From contig DFBZ01000038.1 in NCBI GenBank assembly GCA_002366835.1, positions 12,689 to 76,688 on the forward strand: a DNA stretch of 64,000 bases. The letters are read 5' to 3'. The stretch is from Gammaproteobacteria bacterium UBA3067 (lineage in GTDB: Bacteria; Pseudomonadota; Gammaproteobacteria; Pseudomonadales; UBA3067). Shown one piece after another: positions 29,478-38,919 of the stretch. Positions within the stretch are counted from its first letter, which is position 1; each line of letters starts with the position of its first letter. The position numbers and the translations under genes are program-made. The notes beneath the pieces are model-generated. The model saw only the letters and a program-made list of their open reading frames with translations, ran no database searches and was not told where the DNA came from.

Positions 29478-32204
29478 ATGCCTATAGAAAGTCAGAATCA
29501 AGACAATCAAGCCCCGCTTCGAGATGATATTCGCACCATGGGTCGCTTACTCGGAGAGACGATTAGTGAGCAAGCGGGGGAGCAGGTGTATGACCTAGTT
29601 GAAACAATTCGTTTGTTATCTAAAGATGCAGCGAATGGAAATCATCAGGCGATATCGGAATTACAGGTGCTATTATCGGGCCTCGATGATGCCCACCTAG
29701 TACCCACTGCCCGCGCTTTTGGGCACCTCCTTAACCTTATGAATATCGCAGAACAACAACACCGTGTTCGCCGTTTACGCCAGTCGCGCAAAACCAGTAC
29801 TTCAGAAGTTTATCGTAAATCCCTGGATCACTTGCTTGAGCACCTTCTGGAGGAGGGAATATCGAAATCCTCCATTATGGAAAGCTTTGAAGCCTGTCGC
29901 ATTGAACTAGTGCTGACCGCCCACCCCACCGAGGTTACGCGACGAACCATTAGCCAAAAGCATGACCATATTGCACGGCTGCTCGCATCGCGAGATCGCA
30001 GTGATATGACGGAATATGGCTCTGCCCGTTTTGAAGAGCAACTGCGCAGGGAGATTGCAGCCGTATGGGCAACGGATGAAATTCGCCACCATAAACCGAC
30101 TCCCATAGATGAGGCAAAATGGGGCTTCACTACGGTTGAGCAGACCCTTTGGCAATCTGTGCCAGACTACTTGCGTTATGTGGATTTTAAACTGCGCAAA
30201 CACCTGGGTGAGGGGCTCGATTTGCAAGCCAGCCCGATACGATTCGCCTCGTGGATGGGTGGCGATAGAGATGGAAACCCCAATGTGACCGCCCAAACCA
30301 CCAATGAGGTGTGCTGGTTATCCCGCTGGCAAGCAGCGGAGCTATTACATCGGGATATTGATGCGCTGCGTAACGAGTTGTCGATGTCGGAGTGTAGTGA
30401 TGAAATCAAGAAGCTGGTGGGTGGACACGCTGAGCCTTACCGCGTACTGCTTCGTACCGTTCGGGATAGACTCGCCGAGACGCGTGAATATCTGTCTGCA
30501 AGGCTCGCTGGGCACCATGTGGATGAAGGCAACATTTATGTTGATGTCGATGAATTAAAAAACACTCTCATGCTTTGTTACCACTCTCTGGTAGAGCATG
30601 GCATGCAGCGCATTGCTGATGGTCTGCTTACGGATATTATTCGTCGCGTTAACTGTTTTGGGCTAAATTTGTTGCCTTTGGATTTGCGTCAAGAATCTTC
30701 CCGTCATGCCGAAGTGCTCGATGCCGTGACGCGTTATGTGGGCCTGGGCAGTTATTTAAGCTGGAACGAACAGCAGCGGGTGGATTTTCTGGTAAACGAG
30801 CTCGAAGGGCGTCGCCCACTGATACCTTTTGAGTTTTTTGAACAAAACCTCGATGCTGTATATCTGGACGAGCTTGAACGCGAGGCGGACTATCCCATCG
30901 AGAACGTTTACGAGGTGCTTGCGACGTTTAAAACGATTTGTTTACACCCTCGCAGTAGTTTTGCAAATTACATTATCTCTATGGCGCATGGGGCTTCGGA
31001 TAGTTTGGCTGTAATGTTATTACAGCGTGAAGCCGGTGTTGTAGAGCCTTTGCCTGTTATGCCTTTGTTTGAAACCCTTGATGACCTCAATTCCTCTGGC
31101 GAGGTTATCGAGCAATTGTTTCAGATCGAAGGTTATCTAAAGCGAACCGGAGCCAAGCAGGGTGTGATGATCGGCTACTCCGACTCTGCAAAAGACGCAG
31201 GTTTTCTTGCAGCTTCCTGGGCACAGTATCGTGCGCAGGAAAAACTGGTGGAAATCTGCCAACGCTATGGGGTAAAGCTTAACTTGTTTCATGGGCGTGG
31301 TGGCTCAATGAGCCGGGGCGGCGGTTCGGCCCACGATGCGCTACTTTCCCAGCCACCCGGCGCAGTGAATGGCCAAGTGCGTATTACCGAGCAAGGCGAG
31401 ATGATTCGTTTTAAGTTCGGCCTGAGTGGTATTGCTCTGCGTACCCTGGAGCTGTACACCTGTGCCACCCTCGAAGCGACGCTTACTCCCCCTCCCGCGC
31501 CCTCAGACCAATGGCGCAAGGAAATGGACGTTTTAACCACGAGTGCGCTCAACAGCTATCGAAGTACCATTAATGACGCGTCTTTTCTTGATTATTTCCA
31601 CAGGGCAACGCCTGAAAAGGAGCTGCAACGCCTTTCTTTAGGCAGCCGACCAGCGAAGCGTAGCGCCCAAGGGGGAATAGAAAGCCTGAGGGCAATCCCG
31701 TGGGTTTTCGCGTGGACACAAACCCGCTTACTGGTTCCCGCCTGGTTGGGGACGGAGCAGGCGCTAGAAGCATCCATCAAAAATGGGCAGCTGGGCGTGA
31801 TTCGTGACATGAATACCAACTGGCCATACTTTTCTTCCATTATCGATATGCTCGAAATGGTGCTGGCCAAATCTTTTCCCCTGGTCTCGGAGTATTACGA
31901 GCACCGTTTAATGCCTGAAGGAAAGTCAGGCACCGGTGATTTGCTAAGAACAAGGTTGGAAAAAGCAATCTCTTCCATGTTGGCTTTGCGAGGTGCTGAT
32001 CAACTTTTGCAACAATCTAATGTTATTCAACGCTCTATTACAGTGAGAAATCCCTATGTGATGCCGCTGCATTACCTGCAGGCAGAAATTATGTACCGGC
32101 TCAGAAACAGTGAAACAACGGGAGATGAGAAGGAGGGTGTTTATGAGCAGGCTCTTAAAATTTCTATCGCAAGTATTGCCGCGGGTATGAGAAATACCGG
32201 GTAA
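29478..32204 (+). CDS. ppc: Phosphoenolpyruvate carboxylase
   Basis: 908 aa with VLTAHPTE, GYSDSAKDAG, FHGRGGSMSRGG and the C-terminal AAGMRNTG signature. Confidence 0.95.
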   Translation: MPIESQNQDNQAPLRDDIRTMGRLLGETISEQAGEQVYDLVETIRLLSKDAANGNHQAISELQVLLSGLDDAHLVPTARAFGHLLNLMNIAEQQHRVRRLRQSRKTSTSEVYRKSLDHLLEHLLEEGISKSSIMESFEACRIELVLTAHPTEVTRRTISQKHDHIARLLASRDRSDMTEYGSARFEEQLRREIAAVWATDEIRHHKPTPIDEAKWGFTTVEQTLWQSVPDYLRYVDFKLRKHLGEGLDLQASPIRFASWMGGDRDGNPNVTAQTTNEVCWLSRWQAAELLHRDIDALRNELSMSECSDEIKKLVGGHAEPYRVLLRTVRDRLAETREYLSARLAGHHVDEGNIYVDVDELKNTLMLCYHSLVEHGMQRIADGLLTDIIRRVNCFGLNLLPLDLRQESSRHAEVLDAVTRYVGLGSYLSWNEQQRVDFLVNELEGRRPLIPFEFFEQNLDAVYLDELEREADYPIENVYEVLATFKTICLHPRSSFANYIISMAHGASDSLAVMLLQREAGVVEPLPVMPLFETLDDLNSSGEVIEQLFQIEGYLKRTGAKQGVMIGYSDSAKDAGFLAASWAQYRAQEKLVEICQRYGVKLNLFHGRGGSMSRGGGSAHDALLSQPPGAVNGQVRITEQGEMIRFKFGLSGIALRTLELYTCATLEATLTPPPAPSDQWRKEMDVLTTSALNSYRSTINDASFLDYFHRATPEKELQRLSLGSRPAKRSAQGGIESLRAIPWVFAWTQTRLLVPAWLGTEQALEASIKNGQLGVIRDMNTNWPYFSSIIDMLEMVLAKSFPLVSEYYEHRLMPEGKSGTGDLLRTRLEKAISSMLALRGADQLLQQSNVIQRSITVRNPYVMPLHYLQAEIMYRLRNSETTGDEKEGVYEQALKISIASIAAGMRNTG

Positions 32205-32444
32205 ACCCAGGAAGGCTCTGATTAAGTCATAATCGAAAGCCTTGATCAGAGCTTTTTAGGCAAAGGATTGATTTTTCTTTGCTTCGCGAAGCGCAGAGTA
32301 AATTCCATAGCTAGACTTGATAACAGGGAGCTGTTATCGCTCTTTCCAGGTGCAGGGCTGCTTACTTTAAGCCGAAGCTAACTTTAATATCTAAGCTTTT
32401 CAGTTGCCTGCAATACTCTATTAGAATTTATATTGCGAAGTGGA

Positions 32445-34040
32445 ATGTTTACAAATCAAACTGATTATTCGGAAGTTGTTCTTTTATTTGGGAAAAACAC
32501 TATTTCCAAACAAATGCCGTTTTCTGAATTTGAAGCGGTTCTTGATACCTACGCCACGATACCGGAGTTTGGTGGGAGGGAAGCGCGTGCCGCTTATCTA
32601 GTGGTGGATGCCTCTCTCAGCATTACCTCCTGCGTTCTTTTTCTCGTGGAGTTCTGTGAAGATGGCAGCGTGAATAAGTCGTGGAACGTGCCACTGAGGC
32701 ATATGGCAGAAATAGCCGCACCAGGGCCAGACTTGGGTTCTGGCCCAATCCGTCTCGTATGCCATAGTCAGTGCCCCATTGCCTGGCAGCAAAATGCAAC
32801 CTGGGATCCCAGTATGGGGGGCGGTGCCGATGACTTTAAAATGATGGTTGCCATCATAAAAGAAAACAAGCTATGTCTTTCTACCCAAGCCCGAAGCGGG
32901 GGCGCAAGTGAGTCGCCTTCCGCACAGCAACCCGCCTGGGCTGAGCAGCCCCAACAAACGGCCCCACAGCAAGCCCCTTTTGGAGCGCAGCCCCCTGCCT
33001 GGGGGAGTCAGCAAGCCTCCCCGCAGTGGGGAGGGCAGCCAGTGCCTCAACAGGGGATGCCAGCACAGATGCCTCAAAATGGTGCTTGGCCACCCCAGGC
33101 TCAACAGTGGCAACAACCTCCTCCTAATTGGAACGGGGCGCCTCAGCCTAACTATCCACCTCAGCAAGCACCTCAGGGCCAAGCTTATCCGCCCGCGCAA
33201 CAACAGGAGGATGAGGCCAATCGTGCGAAAACAGCCAGTTTATTAAGGAAGCTGCGCCTACGCCTGACTACCCTTGAAAACGCTAAAAGTAAGGAGCTTG
33301 CTGAAATCCAGTTTGAGCGGAAAAAAGAAAGCCAGCATTTTAAAATTCAGAAACGCCGCTTACAAAGTTTTATTAACAGCTTAACCGAGCAAAACGAAGC
33401 ACTAAAAGAACAACTTAATTCACAAAAAAATCAAATTAGAACACTAGAAGAGAGTGTTGGAGCGAAACTCGAACAGGCTGTCGAGCATGAAAAAAAGGAA
33501 ATCATGGCGCTCAAACAAAACTTCCAAAAACGGCTTGAAGAAAATGAAGTCGAAGAAATAGCGCATTTAAAAGAAGTCTGCCAAGTAAAAGAAATGGAGC
33601 TCCTTTACAAAGAAGAAATAAGCAATCAGCTGCGTGAAGAGGTAGTGGTTTTAAGAAGGGATAAAATTCGCCTGGTGGATTCTGGCGCTGATAACTTTCT
33701 AGGTAAGCTTGAATCTTTGGGGGTTAGTTTTATTAACTTCCACCCGGGTATCGGTCATCTCTCCATTCCCCTGGAAGACATGAGTAAGTATATGGAAGAC
33801 ACAGAAGCCTACGTGGCTGAAAAGTGTCTGGTGCCTCAAGAGCTGTATGCAAAGTGGCGCGCCCATTACGACCAACCGACCTGTCAGTGCGAGACCAGCC
33901 CCGGAAAAGTTTGCGGTGAGAGAATACAGCGGCAACAGGTTCCGTCTCAATATAGTGAAGGCGAAACCGATCGTTGTGCCAAGCATAAAAGACAGGGCGC
34001 TAACGATGAGGGGTATAAAAGTAGTAATGATGGGGGCTAG
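32445..34040 (+). CDS. Hypothetical protein: globular N-domain, P/Q/W-rich low-complexity region, long coiled coil, Cys/His-containing C-domain
   Basis: 531 aa from the ATG at 32445. Roughly 110 residues are rich in Q, P, A and W (QQPAWAEQPQQTAPQQAPFGAQPPAWG...). About 170 residues then show heptad-like K/E/L composition. The C-terminus carries CQCETSPGKVCGE...CAKH. I recognise no family. Confidence 0.6.
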   Translation: MFTNQTDYSEVVLLFGKNTISKQMPFSEFEAVLDTYATIPEFGGREARAAYLVVDASLSITSCVLFLVEFCEDGSVNKSWNVPLRHMAEIAAPGPDLGSGPIRLVCHSQCPIAWQQNATWDPSMGGGADDFKMMVAIIKENKLCLSTQARSGGASESPSAQQPAWAEQPQQTAPQQAPFGAQPPAWGSQQASPQWGGQPVPQQGMPAQMPQNGAWPPQAQQWQQPPPNWNGAPQPNYPPQQAPQGQAYPPAQQQEDEANRAKTASLLRKLRLRLTTLENAKSKELAEIQFERKKESQHFKIQKRRLQSFINSLTEQNEALKEQLNSQKNQIRTLEESVGAKLEQAVEHEKKEIMALKQNFQKRLEENEVEEIAHLKEVCQVKEMELLYKEEISNQLREEVVVLRRDKIRLVDSGADNFLGKLESLGVSFINFHPGIGHLSIPLEDMSKYMEDTEAYVAEKCLVPQELYAKWRAHYDQPTCQCETSPGKVCGERIQRQQVPSQYSEGETDRCAKHKRQGANDEGYKSSNDGG

Positions 34041-34220
34041 GGCGCCTCTGACTAATTCTGAGCAAAGTAGGTCACATTTAAAGTATTCAGAGATGTCCTG
34101 GCTTAAACGTAAATTTATCGGTAAGCTCCGAGCTTTAATCATCACTTCTGCCATCGAAAGGTTCCTGGGTTTTTTCCAAACAGTTGACGAGTGCAGCCGC
34201 AAGTTTGCACGAGCCAAGAT

Positions 34221-35183
34221 ATGAAGCTCAACAGAATCGCTGTTCTAATTTTATTGGCTCTAACCCCCCTGTTTTTCACCACTATTTCTGGTTATCAGAC
34301 GGCGCTTGAAAAGCGCCTGTGGGATTTAGGTCATTTGCCCTTCTTTATGCTCTTAAGTTTTGCTTTTTTACCTTATGTTAAACAAAAAATGGAGGTTTCC
34401 AAAAGACCAGTTTTTGTGGTGTTTAAATTTATTGTTTCTATTTTTATTCTGGCGGCAGGAGTGGAGGTCGCGCAGCTAATGGTTGGTCGAACGGCTTCAT
34501 TTTCTGACCTTAGAAAAGACACCTTAGGTATTATTATTACCTTTCAGGTATATCTCCTGTTCAACGGAATAATAGATAAAAGATGGAGGCTATCATATGT
34601 ACTTACAATCTTATGGTGTTTGTTTGAATTGTATCCCCTTTCCGAAGCTGTCCTGGATAGATGGCGTATGGGGAAATCCATGCCGAATTTGGCAAATTTT
34701 GAAACCGAAGCCGAGCTTCTGCGGTGGAGCGAGGGTAGCTATGAGCGCCTTCCTTCTGAGGTTTTAACGTTCTCTGAAAGTTTTGCCTCGCACCCGAAAA
34801 AAATCAACAATCACGTTTTGAAAATAGCGCTTAATACAAAGCGTTATACCGGTATAGTGGGTGCTGGCCTTTTTCGCGACTGGTCTGAATATAAGGTTCT
34901 TCAATTCGACATCTATAATCCTAATGACTACCCCCTTCGTTTAAATGTTAAGGTTGAAGATGCGTCTGCTATGAGTGGGGAGATGGTATACCACGATCGT
35001 TTTAACGGCATATATAAGCTGCTTCCTGGCTCTAATCGAATTCACGTGTCTTTGGATGAAATTGCTAATGCACCACGTGAGAGGAAGATGGATTTATCCG
35101 CAATACACCGTTTAAGTTTCTTTTTTTCGCGTCTTCCTGAATCGAGTTTTATTTATCTCGATAACGTTATGCTGGTCAAATAG
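34221..35183 (+). CDS. VanZ-like membrane domain fused to a C-terminal beta-sandwich (carbohydrate-binding-module-like) domain
   Basis: The N-terminal 150 aa contain TM helices and a VEVAQ...RTASFSDLRKDTLG VanZ-type motif. The C-terminal 170 aa are soluble (YTGIVGAGLFRDWSEYKVLQFDIYNP...IYLDNVMLVK). I chose the ATG at 34221. Confidence 0.55.
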   Translation: MKLNRIAVLILLALTPLFFTTISGYQTALEKRLWDLGHLPFFMLLSFAFLPYVKQKMEVSKRPVFVVFKFIVSIFILAAGVEVAQLMVGRTASFSDLRKDTLGIIITFQVYLLFNGIIDKRWRLSYVLTILWCLFELYPLSEAVLDRWRMGKSMPNLANFETEAELLRWSEGSYERLPSEVLTFSESFASHPKKINNHVLKIALNTKRYTGIVGAGLFRDWSEYKVLQFDIYNPNDYPLRLNVKVEDASAMSGEMVYHDRFNGIYKLLPGSNRIHVSLDEIANAPRERKMDLSAIHRLSFFFSRLPESSFIYLDNVMLVK

Positions 35184-35261
35184 CATTGGGATTTAAAGTG
35201 AGTAGAAACTTAACTTCTAATTAAGTCATCACTACGACTTTAAATATAGCGACTACGATTT

Positions 35262-36239
35262 ATGAGTATGAAACTCCAAGAAGTTAGTGATTCGCCGCAA
35301 ATTACAATTCAGCGCCTGTCAGACGACCTGTGCTCTAAATATGGCGTGAAGCTGGATGTGATGCGTCTGGATAAGGTGGATGCAGAGCTATCAGGAAATA
35401 AATGGTTCAAACTTAAATATAATCTCATGCATGCTCACGCTTGTAATTATAAACGCCTGCTAAGTTTTGGTGGTTATTATTCGAATCATCTCCATGCTTT
35501 GGCTGCAGCGGGGCACCGCTTTGGTTTTCAAACGATCGGCGTGATACGAGGTGCCGAGCCACAAGAATACGGGCCGACCCTACAGGACCTTGTGAAATAT
35601 GGTATGTGCTTAAAATTTGTTTCACGAGAATCCTACCGAAATAAAACCTGCGATACATTCCTTTCCACTCTTAAAGAAGAGTTGGGTGATTTTTTTTTAA
35701 TTCCCGAAGGTGGTAGCAATGTTCTTGGCGTAAAAGGCTGTACGGAAATAGTGACTGGGCTATGGAGCGATCCCTCTTCTGCGCCTGATTACATCGTAAT
35801 GGGCTGTGGAACCGGGGCCACGCTTGCCGGCGTTATTTTGGGAACACAGGGGCGGTGTAAAGCTCTTGGGGTTTCTGCCTTAAAGGGTGCGCAGTATTTG
35901 GAACAAAATGTACTAGACTTAATGGCAGAGTTTGCTAAATACGAGGGGATTGCACCTGCCGTATCACGTGATTCGTGGCAGATATACCATGACTATCATT
36001 TTGGTGGTTTTGCTAAATTAACACCTGAACTTGTTAGCTTTATGGATGAATTTACCACAGGCTCCGGTCTACCCCTTGAGCCCGTATATGTCGGTAAAAC
36101 GCTTTATGCCGTTCACGACCTTATACGAAAAGCGGTCATCCCAGAGGGCGCGCGTGTTTTGCTTGTCCATACTGGCGGCTTGCAGGGAGTTAGAGGGATG
36201 GAAGCCCAGATGCAAAAACAAAGAAATCGGGCTGTGTAA
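35262..36239 (+). CDS. PLP-dependent enzyme of the ACC deaminase / D-cysteine desulfhydrase family
   Basis: 325 aa. It has the GNKWFKLKYN motif (PLP lysine region, compare GGNKxRKLE), the GCGTGATLAG glycine loop and a C-terminal HTGG motif. Confidence 0.7.
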   Translation: MSMKLQEVSDSPQITIQRLSDDLCSKYGVKLDVMRLDKVDAELSGNKWFKLKYNLMHAHACNYKRLLSFGGYYSNHLHALAAAGHRFGFQTIGVIRGAEPQEYGPTLQDLVKYGMCLKFVSRESYRNKTCDTFLSTLKEELGDFFLIPEGGSNVLGVKGCTEIVTGLWSDPSSAPDYIVMGCGTGATLAGVILGTQGRCKALGVSALKGAQYLEQNVLDLMAEFAKYEGIAPAVSRDSWQIYHDYHFGGFAKLTPELVSFMDEFTTGSGLPLEPVYVGKTLYAVHDLIRKAVIPEGARVLLVHTGGLQGVRGMEAQMQKQRNRAV

Positions 36240-36327
36240 TGCGCTTATCAGTCAGCAGGGTTCTTTTAGGCGAAGGGATATTACTTGTTTTTACAATTGT
36301 TGCGCAGGGAAATAATAAGGTATTGGT

Positions 36328-37395
36328 ATGATTGAATCAGATGAAAGGCTAGAGCAAGCAGGGCAACTTGACGTGGGTTCTCTTATCCCCGTTACTACGG
36401 TTCATACCGATCAACTGGCGAAATTTCTGAAGCATCAAGAGGTTCAGTACCTGTTAAGCGGGCAGACACTTTTTAATTTTGGTGATAAAGACGACGCAAC
36501 TATCTATTTATTAAGCGGCGAACTGGAGGTAATAAATAAAGAGGGGAGAAGTGAGCGTATTGTTGCCGGAACAAGAGATAGCTGGCACCCCATTGCTCAC
36601 CATCAGCCTCGGCAGGCAACTGCCAAAGCGTTAACTGACATTAGCTATATCAGTATCGACAGTTATCGATATGACACCTTATTGGCCTGGGATCAAACAG
36701 CCGGTTATATAGTTTTGGATATCTCCAGCAACCGAGAGTTTGATGACGATGCTGACTGGATGATTAAACTTTTACACACTGATCTTTTCTACCGTGTTCC
36801 TCCTGGCAACATCACCAACATTTTCCGGAATTTTCAACGCATTGACGTTTGTGAAGGTGATATTGTTTTTAATCAGGGCGAAATGGGAGATAGCTGCTAC
36901 TACATCAAATCAGGCGAATTTGCTGTCCTGGTGAATTCAGATTCCGGAAGCCATCAGGTGGCAACACTTAGCGAAGGCGGAAGCTTTGGTGAGGATGCGC
37001 TACTTTCAGATAATCCAAGAAACGCCACCATTAAGGCTCTAAGCGCTGGCACGCTTATGCGCTTGGATAAAGAGCATTTTGATGCCTTGTTAAAGGCCCC
37101 AGTTGTCTCAGAACTGACTTTTAGCGATGCACAGGAGATGGCAGAGCAGGGTGCCAAATGGATCGATGTACGCATGGATGATGAATTCAACTGTGGCCAT
37201 CTCGAAAATAGCACCCATATGCCACTTCACTTATTGCGCCTCAAGATGCGCCTTCTTGATAAAAAGACACCCTATATTGTTTATTGTGACACCGGCCGTC
37301 GCAGTTCTGCGGCGACCTATTTGTTGTCGCAGGCTGGTTTTGAGGTGTATTTGCTTAAAGATGGCTATTCAGAAGGAGCGTTTCCTGCTCATTAG
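36328..37395 (+). CDS. Cyclic-nucleotide-binding domain(s) plus rhodanese domain protein
   Basis: 355 aa. A canonical CAP-type cNMP motif is present (GGSFGEDALLSDNPRNATIKA), preceded by a degenerate cNMP-like repeat. The C-terminal rhodanese domain has the active-site loop CDTGRRS. Confidence 0.75.
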   Translation: MIESDERLEQAGQLDVGSLIPVTTVHTDQLAKFLKHQEVQYLLSGQTLFNFGDKDDATIYLLSGELEVINKEGRSERIVAGTRDSWHPIAHHQPRQATAKALTDISYISIDSYRYDTLLAWDQTAGYIVLDISSNREFDDDADWMIKLLHTDLFYRVPPGNITNIFRNFQRIDVCEGDIVFNQGEMGDSCYYIKSGEFAVLVNSDSGSHQVATLSEGGSFGEDALLSDNPRNATIKALSAGTLMRLDKEHFDALLKAPVVSELTFSDAQEMAEQGAKWIDVRMDDEFNCGHLENSTHMPLHLLRLKMRLLDKKTPYIVYCDTGRRSSAATYLLSQAGFEVYLLKDGYSEGAFPAH

Positions 37396-37432
37396 TGCTT
37401 AAGGGCTGTGCGACTCTTTTAGCCCTTAAGCA
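37396..37432 (+). terminator. Strong hairpin immediately after the cNMP/rhodanese gene (no T-run)
   Basis: A perfect 12-bp stem (TGCTTAAGGGCT / AGCCCTTAAGCA) with a 13-nt loop starts at the base after the stop codon. Confidence 0.45.
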
Positions 37433-37666
37433 TAGACGCCTCACTTAAGTACGAGCTTCTGCACAGTCTTTCGCCTAAGAGTGACGAGAGCCTGCTCCAT
37501 GAGCACAGCGAGTGCATTGGGTACTGTCGGTGCACATCTGCTTCGCACTCTATTAAGATTTCTAGGCTGAAACCGAGCTGGTGTAACCCCTTTCATTTGT
37601 TTTATCATTCAGGCTTGTAGCACTCTTTTCTAAACCCTTCCCCACCAACTTAAATCATCCTTATTT

Positions 37667-38542
37667 ATGAGTGAATTCAGAAATATAGGGCTAATCGGCC
37701 GCAGGCATAGCGATAAAGCTCTTGAAACTGTACTGGCTTTAAAGAAGTTTCTGCTAAGCGTAGATGTTAATGTCATTATTGCACCTGACTTGGCCGAGCT
37801 GATTCCCGATTGTGGTCTGCAGGTTTGTACGCCTGGGCAAATGGGGGTGAGCTGTGATCTTGTGATCGTGGTGGGGGGTGATGGCTGCCTGTTAAGCGCC
37901 GCAAGAGCACTGGTGAGGCATCATGTGCCCGTTTTGGGCATCAACCGTGGCCACCTTGGTTTTCTCGCTGATATTGCTCCGGATGAAATTGAAACGAAAG
38001 TCGCTGAGGTCCTTGCCGGAAAGTACACGCGTGAGAACCGCTTTCTTCTGGAAATGTCTATAAACCGCGACGGAATGCTGATCAGCGAAGGCCATGCTCT
38101 GAATGACGTGGTGATTAACCGTGGTAAATCAGTGCGCATGGTTGAGCTGGAGCTTTATATCGATGGTGAATATGTAAACACCCAGAGATCCGATGGTTTG
38201 ATTGTCTCCACGCCTACTGGGTCCACTGCTTATGCGCTTTCTGGAGGTGGACCGATAATGCATCCGAAACTGGATGCCCTGGTGCTGGTGCCGATGTTTC
38301 CGCACACTTTGACCAGCCGCCCCATTGTGATTGATGGGAATAGCGAAATAAAAATTGTTGTTAGCCCGCAAACCGTTGTGAATCCACAGGTGAATTGCGA
38401 CGGGCAGCCTGGGGTAGAAGTAGCGCCCCACGATATTATTAGCATCCGCAAAAAGCCGCATAAACTCGAACTTATTCACCCCTTAAGCTATAGCTTTTAC
38501 GAAGCTTGCCGATCCAAACTAAGCTGGAGTTCGACTCTATAA
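37667..38542 (+). CDS. nadK: NAD+ kinase
   Basis: 291 aa with the VVGGDGCLL (GGDG), NRGHLGFL and STPTGSTAYALSGGGPI motifs. Confidence 0.95.
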   Translation: MSEFRNIGLIGRRHSDKALETVLALKKFLLSVDVNVIIAPDLAELIPDCGLQVCTPGQMGVSCDLVIVVGGDGCLLSAARALVRHHVPVLGINRGHLGFLADIAPDEIETKVAEVLAGKYTRENRFLLEMSINRDGMLISEGHALNDVVINRGKSVRMVELELYIDGEYVNTQRSDGLIVSTPTGSTAYALSGGGPIMHPKLDALVLVPMFPHTLTSRPIVIDGNSEIKIVVSPQTVVNPQVNCDGQPGVEVAPHDIISIRKKPHKLELIHPLSYSFYEACRSKLSWSSTL

Positions 38543-38573
38543 CGTCGCTCAACTAAAGAGATATTTAAGAACT

Positions 38574-38843
38574 ATGAATTACGATGACCTCATTGCCAGC
38601 ATGACTCCAGAAATTTACACAAATATAAAACGGGCTGTGGAACTGGGTAAGTGGCCAAACGGCATAAAACTCAATGATGAGCAGCGAGAAACCTGCATGC
38701 AGGCTGTTATTACCTACGAGAGTCAAAATCTTAATCGTGAAAAACGTAGCGGCTATATTTACAATACTAAAAAAAATGTGAGTAATTTTGACCAACTTGA
38801 CTCACAAGTTGATAGTGATACACAAATTATTGACTTTAAGTAA
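38574..38843 (+). CDS. yeaC: DUF1315 (YeaC-like) protein
   Basis: 89 aa. The motif AVELGKWPNGIKLNDEQRETCMQAV matches the conserved core of YeaC/DUF1315 as I recall it. Confidence 0.7.
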   Translation: MNYDDLIASMTPEIYTNIKRAVELGKWPNGIKLNDEQRETCMQAVITYESQNLNREKRSGYIYNTKKNVSNFDQLDSQVDSDTQIIDFK

Positions 38844-38919
38844 GCCGCTTCCTCTTCTTTTTAAGCTCTAAAACTCCGTTTAACTTTCTATTTTTATTCT
38901 CAAATATAATAGGTATCGA

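Noticed and set aside
32871-33246. Three overlapping ORFs (32871..33203 -, 32881..33093 -, 32908..33246 +) in the P/Q-rich region
   Set aside because: They are a by-product of low-complexity CAG/CCN-rich DNA, which stays open in several frames. The long + frame (32445..34040) has coherent domain structure on both sides, so it is the real one.
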